Assembly (NCBI GenBank): GCA_044371315.1
Contig: JBILTX010000002.1
Coordinates: 1-50,106 of the forward strand
Direction: 5' to 3'
Source of the DNA: Alphaproteobacteria bacterium
GTDB taxonomy: Bacteria > Pseudomonadota > Alphaproteobacteria > JAJTHO01 > CANGYM01
DNA length: 50,106 nucleotides
The position numbers and the translations under genes are program-made. This document shows, piece after piece, positions 1-8,812 of the stretch. Below the pieces are notes generated by a model. It was given only the letters and a program-made list of their open reading frames with translations, ran no database searches and was not told the DNA's origin. The first letter of the stretch is position 1; each line of letters opens with the position of its first letter.

Positions 1-704
1 AAACGGGCTTTGATCGGGAAACGGGAAAACCGGTGTTCGAAGATCAGGTTATGCCACTGGAAACCCTGCCCTATATCGTTGTGATTGTGGATGAAATGGC
101 CGATTTGATGTTGGTGGCGGGCAAGGATATTGAGGCCGCCATTCAGCGTCTGGCCCAGATGGCCCGGGCGGCGGGGATTCACCTGATCATGGCCACACAG
201 CGCCCATCCGTGGACGTGATTACGGGAACCATCAAGGCGAATTTTCCCGTGCGCATCAGTTTCCAAGTCACATCCAAAATCGACAGCCGCACCATTTTGG
301 GGGAAATGGGGGCGGAACAGCTTCTGGGTCAGGGGGATATGCTGTACATGGCCGGCGGTGGGCGCATCACACGGGTTCACGGACCCTTTGTTGCGGATAA
401 TGAGGTTGAAAGCATCGTGTCCTATCTGAAAGCCCAAGGCCAACCGGATTACGTGGACGATGTGACGGTGGCAGAGGATGATGATGATGATGATGGGGGC
501 GCGTTTAAGGGGGAAAGTGGCGATGCCCTGTACGATCAGGCGCTGGCCATTATTCTGCGGGAACGCAAAGTGTCCACCAGTTTCCTGCAACGTCATTTGC
601 AAGTGGGATACAACCGCGCCGCCCGTATCATTGAAAAATTGGAAGAAGAAGGCGTAATCAGCCAACCCAACCACGCGGGAAAACGGGAAATTTTGGGGGC
701 CTGA
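1..704 (+). CDS. ftsK: DNA translocase FtsK/SpoIIIE, C-terminal part (5' end outside the window)
   Basis: Frame 3 is open from the window edge. Motor-domain motifs [12 protein letters not shown] and [16 protein letters not shown] are followed by an acidic linker and a winged-helix gamma domain ([31 protein letters not shown]). Confidence 0.92.
   Translation, partial: TGFDRETGKPVFEDQVMPLETLPYIVVIVDEMADLMLVAGKDIEAAIQRLAQMARAAGIHLIMATQRPSVDVITGTIKANFPVRISFQVTSKIDSRTILGEMGAEQLLGQGDMLYMAGGGRITRVHGPFVADNEVESIVSYLKAQGQPDYVDDVTVAEDDDDDDGGAFKGESGDALYDQALAIILRERKVSTSFLQRHLQVGYNRAARIIEKLEEEGVISQPNHAGKREILGA
477..494. repeat. (GAT)6 trinucleotide repeat, in frame, encoding the poly-Asp linker of FtsK
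   Basis: Read directly: gatgatgatgatgatgat, translated as DDDDDD inside [10 protein letters not shown]. Confidence 0.9.
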
Positions 705-713
705 GTGGCCTGT

Positions 714-1088
714 TTAGGCCTCGTCCCCACCCCTTAAATCCCGAGCCACGCGGGGATTTTCAAACAAATCATGGATCAGGGATACCTGATCCAGTGTGTG
801 ATCTTCGCAAAACTTTAAACGCGGCAAATAGCGGGTGGCCAAGTAGGGACGCAGGGCGTTTTGCAGGGGAACGCGGACCTGTTTCAGTTTTTCCCGCAGC
901 TCTAGGCTATTGCCTCCCCCCATAAAATACACGCGGGCCGATCGCAAATCAGGGGCCATATCCACCTGCGTGATGCTGATCAGGGGCAGGTCAAAATCCC
1001 CGCGGGCCAAAATGTCGGATAGGGCGCGGCGAACAGCCTCCCCCACGCGGTACTGACGGGTTGTGGGAAGGGGGGGAGAAACAGCCAC
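714..1088 (-). CDS. rbfA: ribosome-binding factor A
   Basis: Translation ...RVGEAVRRALSDILARGDFDLPLISITQVDMAPDLRSARVYF... matches the RbfA family. The listed ATG at 1187 lies inside lon, so I prefer the in-frame GTG at 1088 just after the lon stop (about 124 aa). The start is uncertain. Confidence 0.75.
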   Translation of the reverse strand: MAVSPPLPTTRQYRVGEAVRRALSDILARGDFDLPLISITQVDMAPDLRSARVYFMGGGNSLELREKLKQVRVPLQNALRPYLATRYLPRLKFCEDHTLDQVSLIHDLFENPRVARDLRGGDEA

Positions 1089-1099
1089 AGGTTTGATTC

Positions 1100-3547
1100 C
1101 TAATGATGCAACAGCGGGGGGGAATCGGGCAAAGGGGTTCCCTTCACAGCCGGAACATAATCCACGGTGATCTGGCTTTCTGGCCAAGACAGCGGGCTTA
1201 GGGCCTTGGTTAAGGCATGGATCAGAACCTGCGACATGCTTTCCACAGGGATGATGGTCAGACGTTCGCGCACATCAGCCGGAATGTCGGCCAGATCCTT
1301 TTCATTTTGTTTTGGAATCAAAACGGTTGTAATGCCCCCCCGCAGGGCGGCCAACAGTTTTTCTTTTAATCCCCCAATGGGCAGAACGCGCCCGCGCAGG
1401 GTAATTTCCCCCGTCATAGCCACATCGCGCCGAACAGGAATGTTGGTGAGCATCGACACCAAAGCCGTGGCCAAGGCAATTCCCGCCGAAGGACCGTCCT
1501 TGGGCGTCGCCCCCTCTGGCAGGTGCAGGTGGATATCCCGTTTGTCCAGCATGTCATAAGAAATTCCCAGTGTCATGGCTTGTGAGCGAATATACCCTAT
1601 GGCGGCCTGCAGGGATTCTTGCATGGTATCGCCCAGTTTTCCCGTGGCTTTAACTTTGCCTTTGCCCGGCCACATCACGGTTTCGATGGCCAGCAGATCC
1701 CCGCCCACCTCAGTCCAGGCCAGCCCCGTGGCCACCCCAACTTGATCCTGTTCCTCAGCCAAACCAAAGCGATACTTGGGAATACCTAAGTAGTCTGAGA
1801 GATTTTCAGGGGTGATAGAAACGGTTTTTTCCTTGGGCTTCACCGAAAAGTGTTTAACAATTTTTCGGGCAATTTTGGCCAAGGCACGCTCCAGATGGCG
1901 CACGCCGGCCTCGCGGGTGTAATAACGGATGATGTCCCGCAAAGTGGCCTCTGAAACGGACCATTCTTTGGGGGAAAGCCCGTGGGCCTCGCCCTGACGG
2001 GGCATCAGATGGTTTTGGGCGATGGTGACTTTTTCATCCTCTGTATAGCCAGACAAACGGATGATTTCCATGCGGTCCAACAGGGGCAGCGGCAACGATA
2101 ACGTGTTGGCCGTGCACACAAACATGACATCAGACAGATCATACCCGACCTCAAGGTAATGATCCTGAAAATGGGTGTTTTGCTCGGGATCCAGAACCTC
2201 CAGCAGGGCGCTGGCAGGGTCGCCCCGATGGTCGTGGCCTATTTTATCAATTTCATCGATCAAAAACAGGGGGTTGGACGATCCGGCTTTTTTCATGCCT
2301 TGCAAAAGTTTCCCGGGCATAGAGCCGATATAGGTGCGGCGGTGGCCGCGGATTTCCGCTTCATCTCGCATGCCCCCCACTGACAGGCGCACAAATTCCC
2401 GTCCCGTGGCGCGGGCAATGGATTTGGCTAAAGATGTTTTTCCAACACCTGGGGGGCCCACAAAACACAAAACGGTGCCGGGTGTTTTGCCCGTGCGTTG
2501 CTGAACAGCCAGATATTCGGCGATGCGGTCCTTGATGGTGTCAAGGCCATCATGATCCTGATTTAAAATCTCAACAGATTTCGACAAATCGTTGTTTAGT
2601 TTTGTTTTTTTCTGCCAAGGCAAATCCACAATCCAATCCAGATAATTGCGGATGACCGTAGATTCTGCGGAAAGAGGGGGCATCAGTTTGAGTTTTTTCA
2701 GATCGCTGAGGGCCTTGTCGCGAGCCTCTTTTGTTAATTTTAGGGTTTTGATTTTGTTTTCATAAACCTCAAATTCGTTTTTTCCCTCTTCGTTTTCGCC
2801 GAGTTCTTTTTGAATGGCACGGATTTGTTCATTCAGGAAATAATCGCGTTGATTTTTTTCAATCTGTTTTTTCACGCGGTTGCGAATCCGGCGTTCCACG
2901 GTCAGCAGGCTGATTTCCGCCTCCATTAGGGCAAAAACCTTTTGCAGGCGTTCGGCAACATCTTGGGTTTTCAGCAGATCCTGCTTTTCTGCCAGCTTGT
3001 TTGACAGGTGCGCAGAAATGGTGTCCACCAAGCGTTCAGGGTCCTCAATTTTATTCAGACCCACCAGAATTTCAGGGGCGATTTTTTTATTTAACTTAAT
3101 GTAATTTTCGAACTGGGATAAAACGGCGGCGGATAAAGAGGTGATTTCTTTCTTATCGCTCATGTCCGATGTTAAGGGCTCTGCCACAGCCTGCAAGAAT
3201 TCTGGGTTGTCCAAAAATTCAATGGCGTGGGATCGGCCCAATCCTTCAACCAAAACCTTAACCGTTCCATCCGGCAGTTTCAGCATCTGCAGAACCTTGG
3301 CCACAGTGCCCACTTCGTAAAGTTCAGAAGGATCCGGATTTTCATCCGATGTATTTTTTTGGGCCATCAGAAAGACCATACCATCGTCCTGAGCGGCTTT
3401 TTCCAAGGCGGCGATGGATTTGCTGCGTCCAACGAACAGGGGGACAATCATAAAAGGAAAAACAACAATATCCCTCAGGGGCAAAACGGGATAGGCCCGA
3501 ATGGGGATCGTCACGGGGCTGGACTTATTTTTTTTGGGGGTGGCCAT
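1100..3547 (-). CDS. lon: ATP-dependent Lon protease
   Basis: It has a LON N-domain, Walker [10 protein letters not shown] and the catalytic-Ser motif [16 protein letters not shown] (3559-3554) lies 6 nt before the ATG at 3547, so this start is preferred over the GTG at 3553. Confidence 0.97.
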   Translation of the reverse strand: MATPKKNKSSPVTIPIRAYPVLPLRDIVVFPFMIVPLFVGRSKSIAALEKAAQDDGMVFLMAQKNTSDENPDPSELYEVGTVAKVLQMLKLPDGTVKVLVEGLGRSHAIEFLDNPEFLQAVAEPLTSDMSDKKEITSLSAAVLSQFENYIKLNKKIAPEILVGLNKIEDPERLVDTISAHLSNKLAEKQDLLKTQDVAERLQKVFALMEAEISLLTVERRIRNRVKKQIEKNQRDYFLNEQIRAIQKELGENEEGKNEFEVYENKIKTLKLTKEARDKALSDLKKLKLMPPLSAESTVIRNYLDWIVDLPWQKKTKLNNDLSKSVEILNQDHDGLDTIKDRIAEYLAVQQRTGKTPGTVLCFVGPPGVGKTSLAKSIARATGREFVRLSVGGMRDEAEIRGHRRTYIGSMPGKLLQGMKKAGSSNPLFLIDEIDKIGHDHRGDPASALLEVLDPEQNTHFQDHYLEVGYDLSDVMFVCTANTLSLPLPLLDRMEIIRLSGYTEDEKVTIAQNHLMPRQGEAHGLSPKEWSVSEATLRDIIRYYTREAGVRHLERALAKIARKIVKHFSVKPKEKTVSITPENLSDYLGIPKYRFGLAEEQDQVGVATGLAWTEVGGDLLAIETVMWPGKGKVKATGKLGDTMQESLQAAIGYIRSQAMTLGISYDMLDKRDIHLHLPEGATPKDGPSAGIALATALVSMLTNIPVRRDVAMTGEITLRGRVLPIGGLKEKLLAALRGGITTVLIPKQNEKDLADIPADVRERLTIIPVESMSQVLIHALTKALSPLSWPESQITVDYVPAVKGTPLPDSPPLLHH

Positions 3548-3594
3548 GAACACTCCTTGTTCAATCTGATGTTTTTAAAAACCTCTATTCTTTT

Positions 3595-3624
3595 ATATAG
3601 GGGAGTATACGTGTTTTTACAGGG
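3595..3624 (-). promoter_or_regulatory. possible sigma32 (heat-shock) type promoter of lon
   Basis: The minus strand reads CCCTGTAA-N13-CCCCTATAT about 40 nt upstream of the lon start. The -10 resembles the CCCCATNT heat-shock -10 box. The -35 is only a partial match to CTTGAA. Confidence 0.3.
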
Positions 3625-3665
3625 TGTCGCTATGGATTTTTTGAAACGCAGGGGCGGCGCTAAAA

Positions 3666-3971
3666 TTAAAATATCGAAGGCCGAAACACCATCACATCAC
3701 TGACGGTGCAAATGGCCTGATGCTTGTCCAAAAAGGGTGGCAGGATGGTTTCTAAAACAGATAATTTTCCAGCATCCAATATGCAAAGAATCACCACCAT
3801 TTGTCCCACATCGGCAATCAGACCTTCCCCTCGCCAGGCCCCTTCGGGGCCTTCGCCGGAAAGGGCAGGCAAAATGGTGTATCCCGTGACGCCGTGTTTT
3901 GTCAGGAGTTTTAAAACTTTGTCCTGCAAAGCCCCATCCACGATGATTTCCAGACGTTTTTTAGGGGTCAT
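3666..3971 (-). CDS. PII-like signalling protein, SbtB-like partner of the upstream permease
   Basis: About 101 aa from MTPKKRLEIIVDG...; beta-alpha-beta PII-like pattern with a Gly/Glu-rich loop GEGPEGAWRGEG. Its ATG overlaps the permease stop (ATGA at 3968-3971). Confidence 0.65.
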   Translation of the reverse strand: MTPKKRLEIIVDGALQDKVLKLLTKHGVTGYTILPALSGEGPEGAWRGEGLIADVGQMVVILCILDAGKLSVLETILPPFLDKHQAICTVSDVMVFRPSIF

Positions 3972-4936
3972 TGCGATCCTCCGGTAAAGGCTTGGGCAAG
4001 GGCAATCCACAGGGGGATGCCAAGTATCAGGTTAAAGGGAAAGGTAATGCCCATGGCCAGCGTTAACGACAGGGCGGGTTTGGCCTGGGGCAGCGCCAGC
4101 CGCATGGCCGCAGGCGCGGCAATATAAGAGGCACTGGCGGCACATACCATCAGCAGGGCTGTATTGCCAGCGGTCAACGACAGAAGCGCAGCCAAGCCCC
4201 CCGCCATGAGCGCCCCCAGCAGCGGCATATACACCCCAAAAGCCAGCAGACTGCCCCGCAGCAAATGCCGGCTTTCCATTAGGCCCCGTCCGGCCACAAG
4301 GCCCATATCCAGCAGAAACAGACACAAAACCCCCTTAAACGGGGAAACGATAAAGGATTCTAGGGTGGTCATTCCCTCTTGCCCTGTGATCATGCCAATG
4401 AAAAAAGCCCCTGCCAACAACACAACGGATCCGTTGGCCAAAATGTGATGCCAAGGGGTGGCCTCGGTATCGGGATCATAGCGTGATGCCAATCGCAAAG
4501 CGGAAAAGATCGCGGGGGCCTCCATCAACGCCGCCACGGCAATCATGTAGCCCTCAAAAGGAATGCCGGCGGTTTTTAGGGCTTGGGTGGCGGCGATGAA
4601 GGTCACAATGCTGATAGATCCATAATGGCCCGCAATGGAGGCCGTATCTGCCGCCGGCAGGGTTGTGGTCTTGCGCAGGGCAAAAAACGCAACAAAGGGC
4701 ATACACAAACTCAGCAGGAAGCCCGCGAGGCCTGTCCAAACCAAATCGGGGGTGAATCCGGCGGTGCTGACTTGAACCCCGCCCTTAAACCCAATGGCCA
4801 GCATCAGATAAAGGGACATGCCCTTAGCAATGGCCGATGGCACAGACAAATCCGATTTTACAAAGGCCGCGCCCAACCCCAGCATAAAAAACAGGATCAT
4901 GGGCGAAACCAGCGTTTGAAACGCAAGATCCATCAT
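3968..4936 (-). CDS. SbtA-family (sodium-dependent bicarbonate transporter family) permease
   Basis: 322-aa multi-pass hydrophobic protein. It aligns by eye to cyanobacterial SbtA at both ends (LGLGAAFVKSDLSVP...; ...ASASYIAAPAAMRLALPQAKPALSLTLAMGITFPFNL...LAQ) and is paired with a PII-like gene. Confidence 0.75.
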   Translation of the reverse strand: MMDLAFQTLVSPMILFFMLGLGAAFVKSDLSVPSAIAKGMSLYLMLAIGFKGGVQVSTAGFTPDLVWTGLAGFLLSLCMPFVAFFALRKTTTLPAADTASIAGHYGSISIVTFIAATQALKTAGIPFEGYMIAVAALMEAPAIFSALRLASRYDPDTEATPWHHILANGSVVLLAGAFFIGMITGQEGMTTLESFIVSPFKGVLCLFLLDMGLVAGRGLMESRHLLRGSLLAFGVYMPLLGALMAGGLAALLSLTAGNTALLMVCAASASYIAAPAAMRLALPQAKPALSLTLAMGITFPFNLILGIPLWIALAQAFTGGSQ

Positions 4937-5232
4937 GGGGTGACAGGCCTGTTATGGGTAAAGTTGGCAGCGTAGGATTTTGGCCGCACCGTGCGCGTGT
5001 GATCGGGGGAAACGGTATAGGTCCAACCCCGCTGCTGGGCGTAGTGCATGGCATCCTCGGCGGTGTCAAAAAACAAAGTGATTTGTTCCGTGGTATCAGA
5101 ACCGCTGATCCATCCCATCAGGGCATTGGGGGTTTTTCGGCTTTGGGCATGGGGGTGAAGACACCAGCCCCCCTGCCCTGCTCGTGGGGATTGCATAGCG
5201 TTTTTGGTGGGTTTGAAAATACGAACGTGCAT
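4933..5232 (-). CDS. NDUFS4-like protein (ETC complex I subunit conserved region family)
   Basis: 99 aa. MHVRIFKPTKNAMQSPRAG...WTYTV... matches the alphaproteobacterial NDUFS4 homologue pattern. Its stop overlaps the permease start (ATGA at 4933-4936). Confidence 0.75.
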   Translation of the reverse strand: MHVRIFKPTKNAMQSPRAGQGGWCLHPHAQSRKTPNALMGWISGSDTTEQITLFFDTAEDAMHYAQQRGWTYTVSPDHTRTVRPKSYAANFTHNRPVTP

Positions 5233-5250
5233 ATCGCCTCCTACGTTTGG

Positions 5251-5745
5251 TTAAGCGGCGTTCATCATTTCCTCTAATTTCATGGCCGCCAAATCTTCGT
5301 CAATATTTTCAACGGCGGCCAGCTCGCGGGCCAAGCGGTCCAGCGCGGTGCGGTAAATCTGGCGTTCGCTATAGGATTGATCGGGCTGCTGGGAATTTTT
5401 ATACAGATCCCGAACAACCTCGGCAATGGCGGCGGGGTCACCGGAATTGATTTTCATTTCATATTCTTGGGCGCGGCGGGACCACATGGTTTTTTTCACG
5501 CGGGATCGGCCTTTGAGTTTTTTCAGCGCCAGATTCATTTTATCTTCGGTGCATACAGGGCGCAGGCCTGAACTTTCCAGGCGGTGCATGGGCAGACGCA
5601 GCACCATGCGGTCGTGGGTAAAGTGAATAACGATTAAATCCACCGATGTTCCGGCAACCTGTTGTTTTTCAATACCTTTTACTTGTCCCACGCCGTGGGT
5701 AGGGTAAACAACATAATCACCGTTTTTGTAGTGTGCCTGAGCCAT
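5251..5745 (-). CDS. carD: CarD/CdnL family transcriptional regulator
   Basis: N-terminal Tudor-like motif YKNGDYVVYPTHGVGQV, about 164 aa, adjacent to fdxA as in many alphaproteobacteria. Confidence 0.9.
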   Translation of the reverse strand: MAQAHYKNGDYVVYPTHGVGQVKGIEKQQVAGTSVDLIVIHFTHDRMVLRLPMHRLESSGLRPVCTEDKMNLALKKLKGRSRVKKTMWSRRAQEYEMKINSGDPAAIAEVVRDLYKNSQQPDQSYSERQIYRTALDRLARELAAVENIDEDLAAMKLEEMMNAA

Positions 5746-5841
5746 GGTCTGTCCTCTGGTTTGTTGTTATCATTATGAACGAAGAAAAAAAATTGGTCTG
5801 TGCCAAATGTTACATCAGTCACAGAAAAACGTGGTTTTGGC

Positions 5842-6180
5842 TTATGACCCCTCCCCTGCCCCTTCATCAAAGTGCTCTTTGAATTTATCCGGCACGCCTT
5901 TCCATGCGTCGGCATCATCGGGACGTTCCCCCTTTTGGGTGATGGTGGGCCATTGGGCGGCGTAGGTTCGATTCAGGTCCAGCCACGCCTCTGCCCTGTC
6001 GTCGGTGTCGGGCAAAATAGCCTCGGCGGGGCATTCGGGCTCGCACACGCCGCAGTCAATGCACTCTTCTGGATCAATGACCAGCATGTTGATGCCTTCG
6101 TGAAAACAATCCACGGGGCATACCTCGACGCAGTCCATATATTTGCAGCGGATACAGTCTTCAGTGACGACAAAGGTCAT
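5842..6180 (-). CDS. fdxA: 7Fe ferredoxin
   Basis: [26 protein letters not shown] plus a second cluster motif [12 protein letters not shown]. Confidence 0.92.
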   Translation of the reverse strand: MTFVVTEDCIRCKYMDCVEVCPVDCFHEGINMLVIDPEECIDCGVCEPECPAEAILPDTDDRAEAWLDLNRTYAAQWPTITQKGERPDDADAWKGVPDKFKEHFDEGAGEGS

Positions 6181-6213
6181 AGAGTTTACCTTTCTTTCGT
6201 TAGATCATAAACA

Positions 6214-6675
6214 TTAGGACGGCTTGCCCAGCGCCGCCATGGCCAAAACACTCTGGCGGATTTCGCCGGATCGTTTGTCGGAAACATACAGCATGCCGGC
6301 AATTTTTCGCATCAGGGCGGATTCATGATCATCAATTCGGTCGTTGGCGCAGACCAGCTGCCACAGCATTTCCATAATCCCTTCGCGGCCGCGTTCGTCC
6401 AGATGATCTTTCAGGACCTTGGTGGCTTTGTAGAAATGATCGCGGCCGTCCAGACGTTCCTCGGCCTGTTGAATCAACACGTGGGCCTCGGCCAGCGTGC
6501 AGCCGAATTTTTGGGACAACAGATCAACGATGGTTTTCATTTCCACAGGATCCAGACCTTCGTCACTCATGGATAATTCCAGCAAAATGACGGCGGTGGC
6601 GAGGGGAATATCGTTGCGATCAATGCCCTGAGAAGATCCCCCAAACAGTTCCTTTAGCCGATCCAACACAGACAT
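6214..6675 (-). CDS. TerB-family (tellurite-resistance TerB/DjlA N-domain-like) protein
   Basis: From MSVLDRLKELFG...; the helical repeat with conserved acidic residues (LLELSMSDEGLDPVE..., LVCANDRIDDHESALMRKIA) is typical of the TerB fold. The longer ORF start at 6789 overlaps the upstream gene and is not used. Confidence 0.55.
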   Translation of the reverse strand: MSVLDRLKELFGGSSQGIDRNDIPLATAVILLELSMSDEGLDPVEMKTIVDLLSQKFGCTLAEAHVLIQQAEERLDGRDHFYKATKVLKDHLDERGREGIMEMLWQLVCANDRIDDHESALMRKIAGMLYVSDKRSGEIRQSVLAMAALGKPS

Positions 6676-6757
6676 GGTTTTTATTGCACTCTCAATCCAA
6701 ACGGGTGCCACCTTAGCATATTTTTCAGGGGGGGGATAGGGGGTTTTGTCAGATCTT

Positions 6758-7285
6758 TTAGGTAAGGCCTTGCACAAGGCGAGGGGCAAACATGGTGCGT
6801 AGACCAGTTAAGAATCCATGGATTTGTTCTGAGGATACAGCAAGAGCATTATTTGTATTTTCTTCAGCTTTTTTTGAAAGTGCGGCGGTGGCCCTCGCAG
6901 TCATCTCAGGAACAAGAATAAGGTAGGCAGTAAATAAATTAAGAGTTTGTTTAGTAAAAGCTAAAGTTTCTTCTTCTTGATTATTGCCAAACATTGAAAA
7001 AGGACCATCTTGTTGTAAACTGTGGGCCAATGAAACCAAGTTTAATTTAGAAAAATTGTTTTTTATTGTATCAAGCCAATAAAGTGCATTGTCGGCAGGG
7101 CCATCATTAAGGTTGAATCGATTGTTGAGATCTCCAAGGTACTGTGAAATGGGAGCTCTAAGCACTTCCACGGGCTGTTTCATAACATTCTGAAAGAAAC
7201 GAGCGAACCGAGCATCTGCCGCAGGAGCATGTACCGCCGCCACGGAGCACAACAAGCCTACACCTAAAAAAGGCAAAAAAGACAT
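6758..7285 (-). CDS. hypothetical secreted protein (orphan, low GC)
   Basis: 175-aa ORF with a signal-peptide-like N-terminus MSFLPFLGVGLLCSVAAVHAPAADA. I recognise no family. A hand count gives about 36% G+C over 6841-7140. Confidence 0.5.
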   Translation of the reverse strand: MSFLPFLGVGLLCSVAAVHAPAADARFARFFQNVMKQPVEVLRAPISQYLGDLNNRFNLNDGPADNALYWLDTIKNNFSKLNLVSLAHSLQQDGPFSMFGNNQEEETLAFTKQTLNLFTAYLILVPEMTARATAALSKKAEENTNNALAVSSEQIHGFLTGLRTMFAPRLVQGLT

Positions 7286-7474
7286 AAGCGAAGGCTACCT
7301 TGATAACAACAAAACTCAATCAAATCTTCCTTAGATTCTAACCGATTTTCCCCGTCGTGCCAAGGGGATTTTTATGGGGTTTTTATCCGATCTGAAATCG
7401 GATTCTTAAATTCTTGACATCGTCGGGGACTGCTATACAAAAGGGTCTTTCGCTTGATCCTTTGGGAATACATC

Positions 7475-8812
7475 ATGGTTTCTGCTGCTGAACAGCTGTC
7501 TGCCAGTTTAACACTGAGCAATTTCAGTCGTGCCACAGAGTTAAAGGCCCGTATCTGGTTTACCTTGGGGGCCTTGATCATTTATCGTTTGGGGACCTAT
7601 ATCCCTGTGCCTGGGCTGGATGCCAGCGTCCTGAAAGGGGTTTTTGAAAGCTATTCCGGCAGCATTCTGGGGGTTTTTGATGCCTTTGCAGGGGGTGCTT
7701 TGGGGCGGATGTCGATTTTTGCCCTGAATATCTTTCCGTACATTTCCGCATCCATTATTATCCAGCTGATGACGGCGGTGTCCCCCCAGTTGGGCCAATT
7801 GAAAAAAGATGGCGATTATGGCCGCACCAAATTGATTCAGTACACCCGTTATTTAACGGTGATTTTGACGGCGATTCAGGGCTATGCCATTGCCGTGGGG
7901 CTGGAGGGGATGGGGGCGTCCGCCGTTCACAATCCGGGCCTGTTTTTCAGATTAACCACGGTGATCACCTTGGTGGGCGGAACCGTTTATTTGATGTGGC
8001 TGGGGGAGCAAATCACCATCCGCGGCATCGGAAACGGGATTTCTCTGATCATTTTCGCGGGGATTGTGGCCCATTTGCCTATGGGGGTTAGCTCTCTTTT
8101 GACCTTGGGCTGGACGGGGCAGATATCCTCCCTTTCCGTTTTGATGTTCGTTTTGCTGGCCGTTGCTGTGATTGTGGCTGTGGTATATATGGAGCGGGCC
8201 CAGCGCCGCATCACCATCCAGTATCCCAAACGTCAGGTGGGCCAGCAGGTTTACGGGGCCCAGAGTTCCCACTTGCCCCTGAAGTTAAACACCTCTGGGG
8301 TTATTCCCCCCATTTTTGCCAACGCTTTGTTGGTGATTCCGGCCTCGATCCTGCAGTTTAGCGGTGGACAGAGTTCTATGTCTTGGGTGAATGATGCCGT
8401 GGCGATGCTGGGGCATGGGCAGCCTCTTTATATGCTGGTTTATGCGTCTCTGATTGTCTTTTTCTGCTTTTTTTATACCTCCATTGTGTTTAATCCGGTT
8501 GAGGTTGCGGACAATTTGAAAAAGAACACGGCCTTTATCCCCGGGATTCGCCCGGGCAAGGCAACGGCGTCCTATATCGACAGTCTGCTGACCCGTTTGA
8601 CGGTTTTTGGGGCGGGTTATCTGGTGATTGTGTGTTTGCTGCCCGAGTTTTTGATGGCCGAATACAGCATTCCCTTTTATTTCGGGGGCACAAGTTTGCT
8701 GATTGTGGTGACGGTGGTGATGGATACCATTAACCATATCAATTCCCATTTGCTGGTTCATCAATATGATGGGCTGATGAAAAAGAATAAGCTGGTTAAG
8801 GGGCGCTTATGA
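7475..8812 (+). CDS. secY: preprotein translocase subunit SecY
   Basis: MVSAAEQLSA...ELKARIWFTLGALIIYRLGTYIPVPGLD; ten-TM SecY pattern. The ATG at 7475 is preferred over the TTG at 7454. Confidence 0.97.
   Translation: MVSAAEQLSASLTLSNFSRATELKARIWFTLGALIIYRLGTYIPVPGLDASVLKGVFESYSGSILGVFDAFAGGALGRMSIFALNIFPYISASIIIQLMTAVSPQLGQLKKDGDYGRTKLIQYTRYLTVILTAIQGYAIAVGLEGMGASAVHNPGLFFRLTTVITLVGGTVYLMWLGEQITIRGIGNGISLIIFAGIVAHLPMGVSSLLTLGWTGQISSLSVLMFVLLAVAVIVAVVYMERAQRRITIQYPKRQVGQQVYGAQSSHLPLKLNTSGVIPPIFANALLVIPASILQFSGGQSSMSWVNDAVAMLGHGQPLYMLVYASLIVFFCFFYTSIVFNPVEVADNLKKNTAFIPGIRPGKATASYIDSLLTRLTVFGAGYLVIVCLLPEFLMAEYSIPFYFGGTSLLIVVTVVMDTINHINSHLLVHQYDGLMKKNKLVKGRL

Noticed and set aside
477-494. (GAT)6 microsatellite as a possible phase-variation tract
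   Set aside because: It is an in-frame trinucleotide repeat inside the naturally variable acidic linker of FtsK. Slippage would only change linker length and would not switch expression.
6676-6789. Longer 191-aa version of the TerB-like ORF
   Set aside because: The extra N-terminal 38 residues are Pro/Lys-rich and overlap the 3' end of the upstream orphan gene. The family-like sequence begins at MSVLDRL (6675).
7385-7441. 7-bp inverted repeat ATCCGAT-ctgaa-ATCGGAT (7385-7403) followed by TTGACA (7414-7419) upstream of secY
   Set aside because: This is a plausible operator/-35 pair for the relocated secY operon. However, the best -10 candidates (TATACA with a 14-nt spacer, TACAAA with a 16-nt spacer) are poor. 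I cannot support a promoter call without TSS data.
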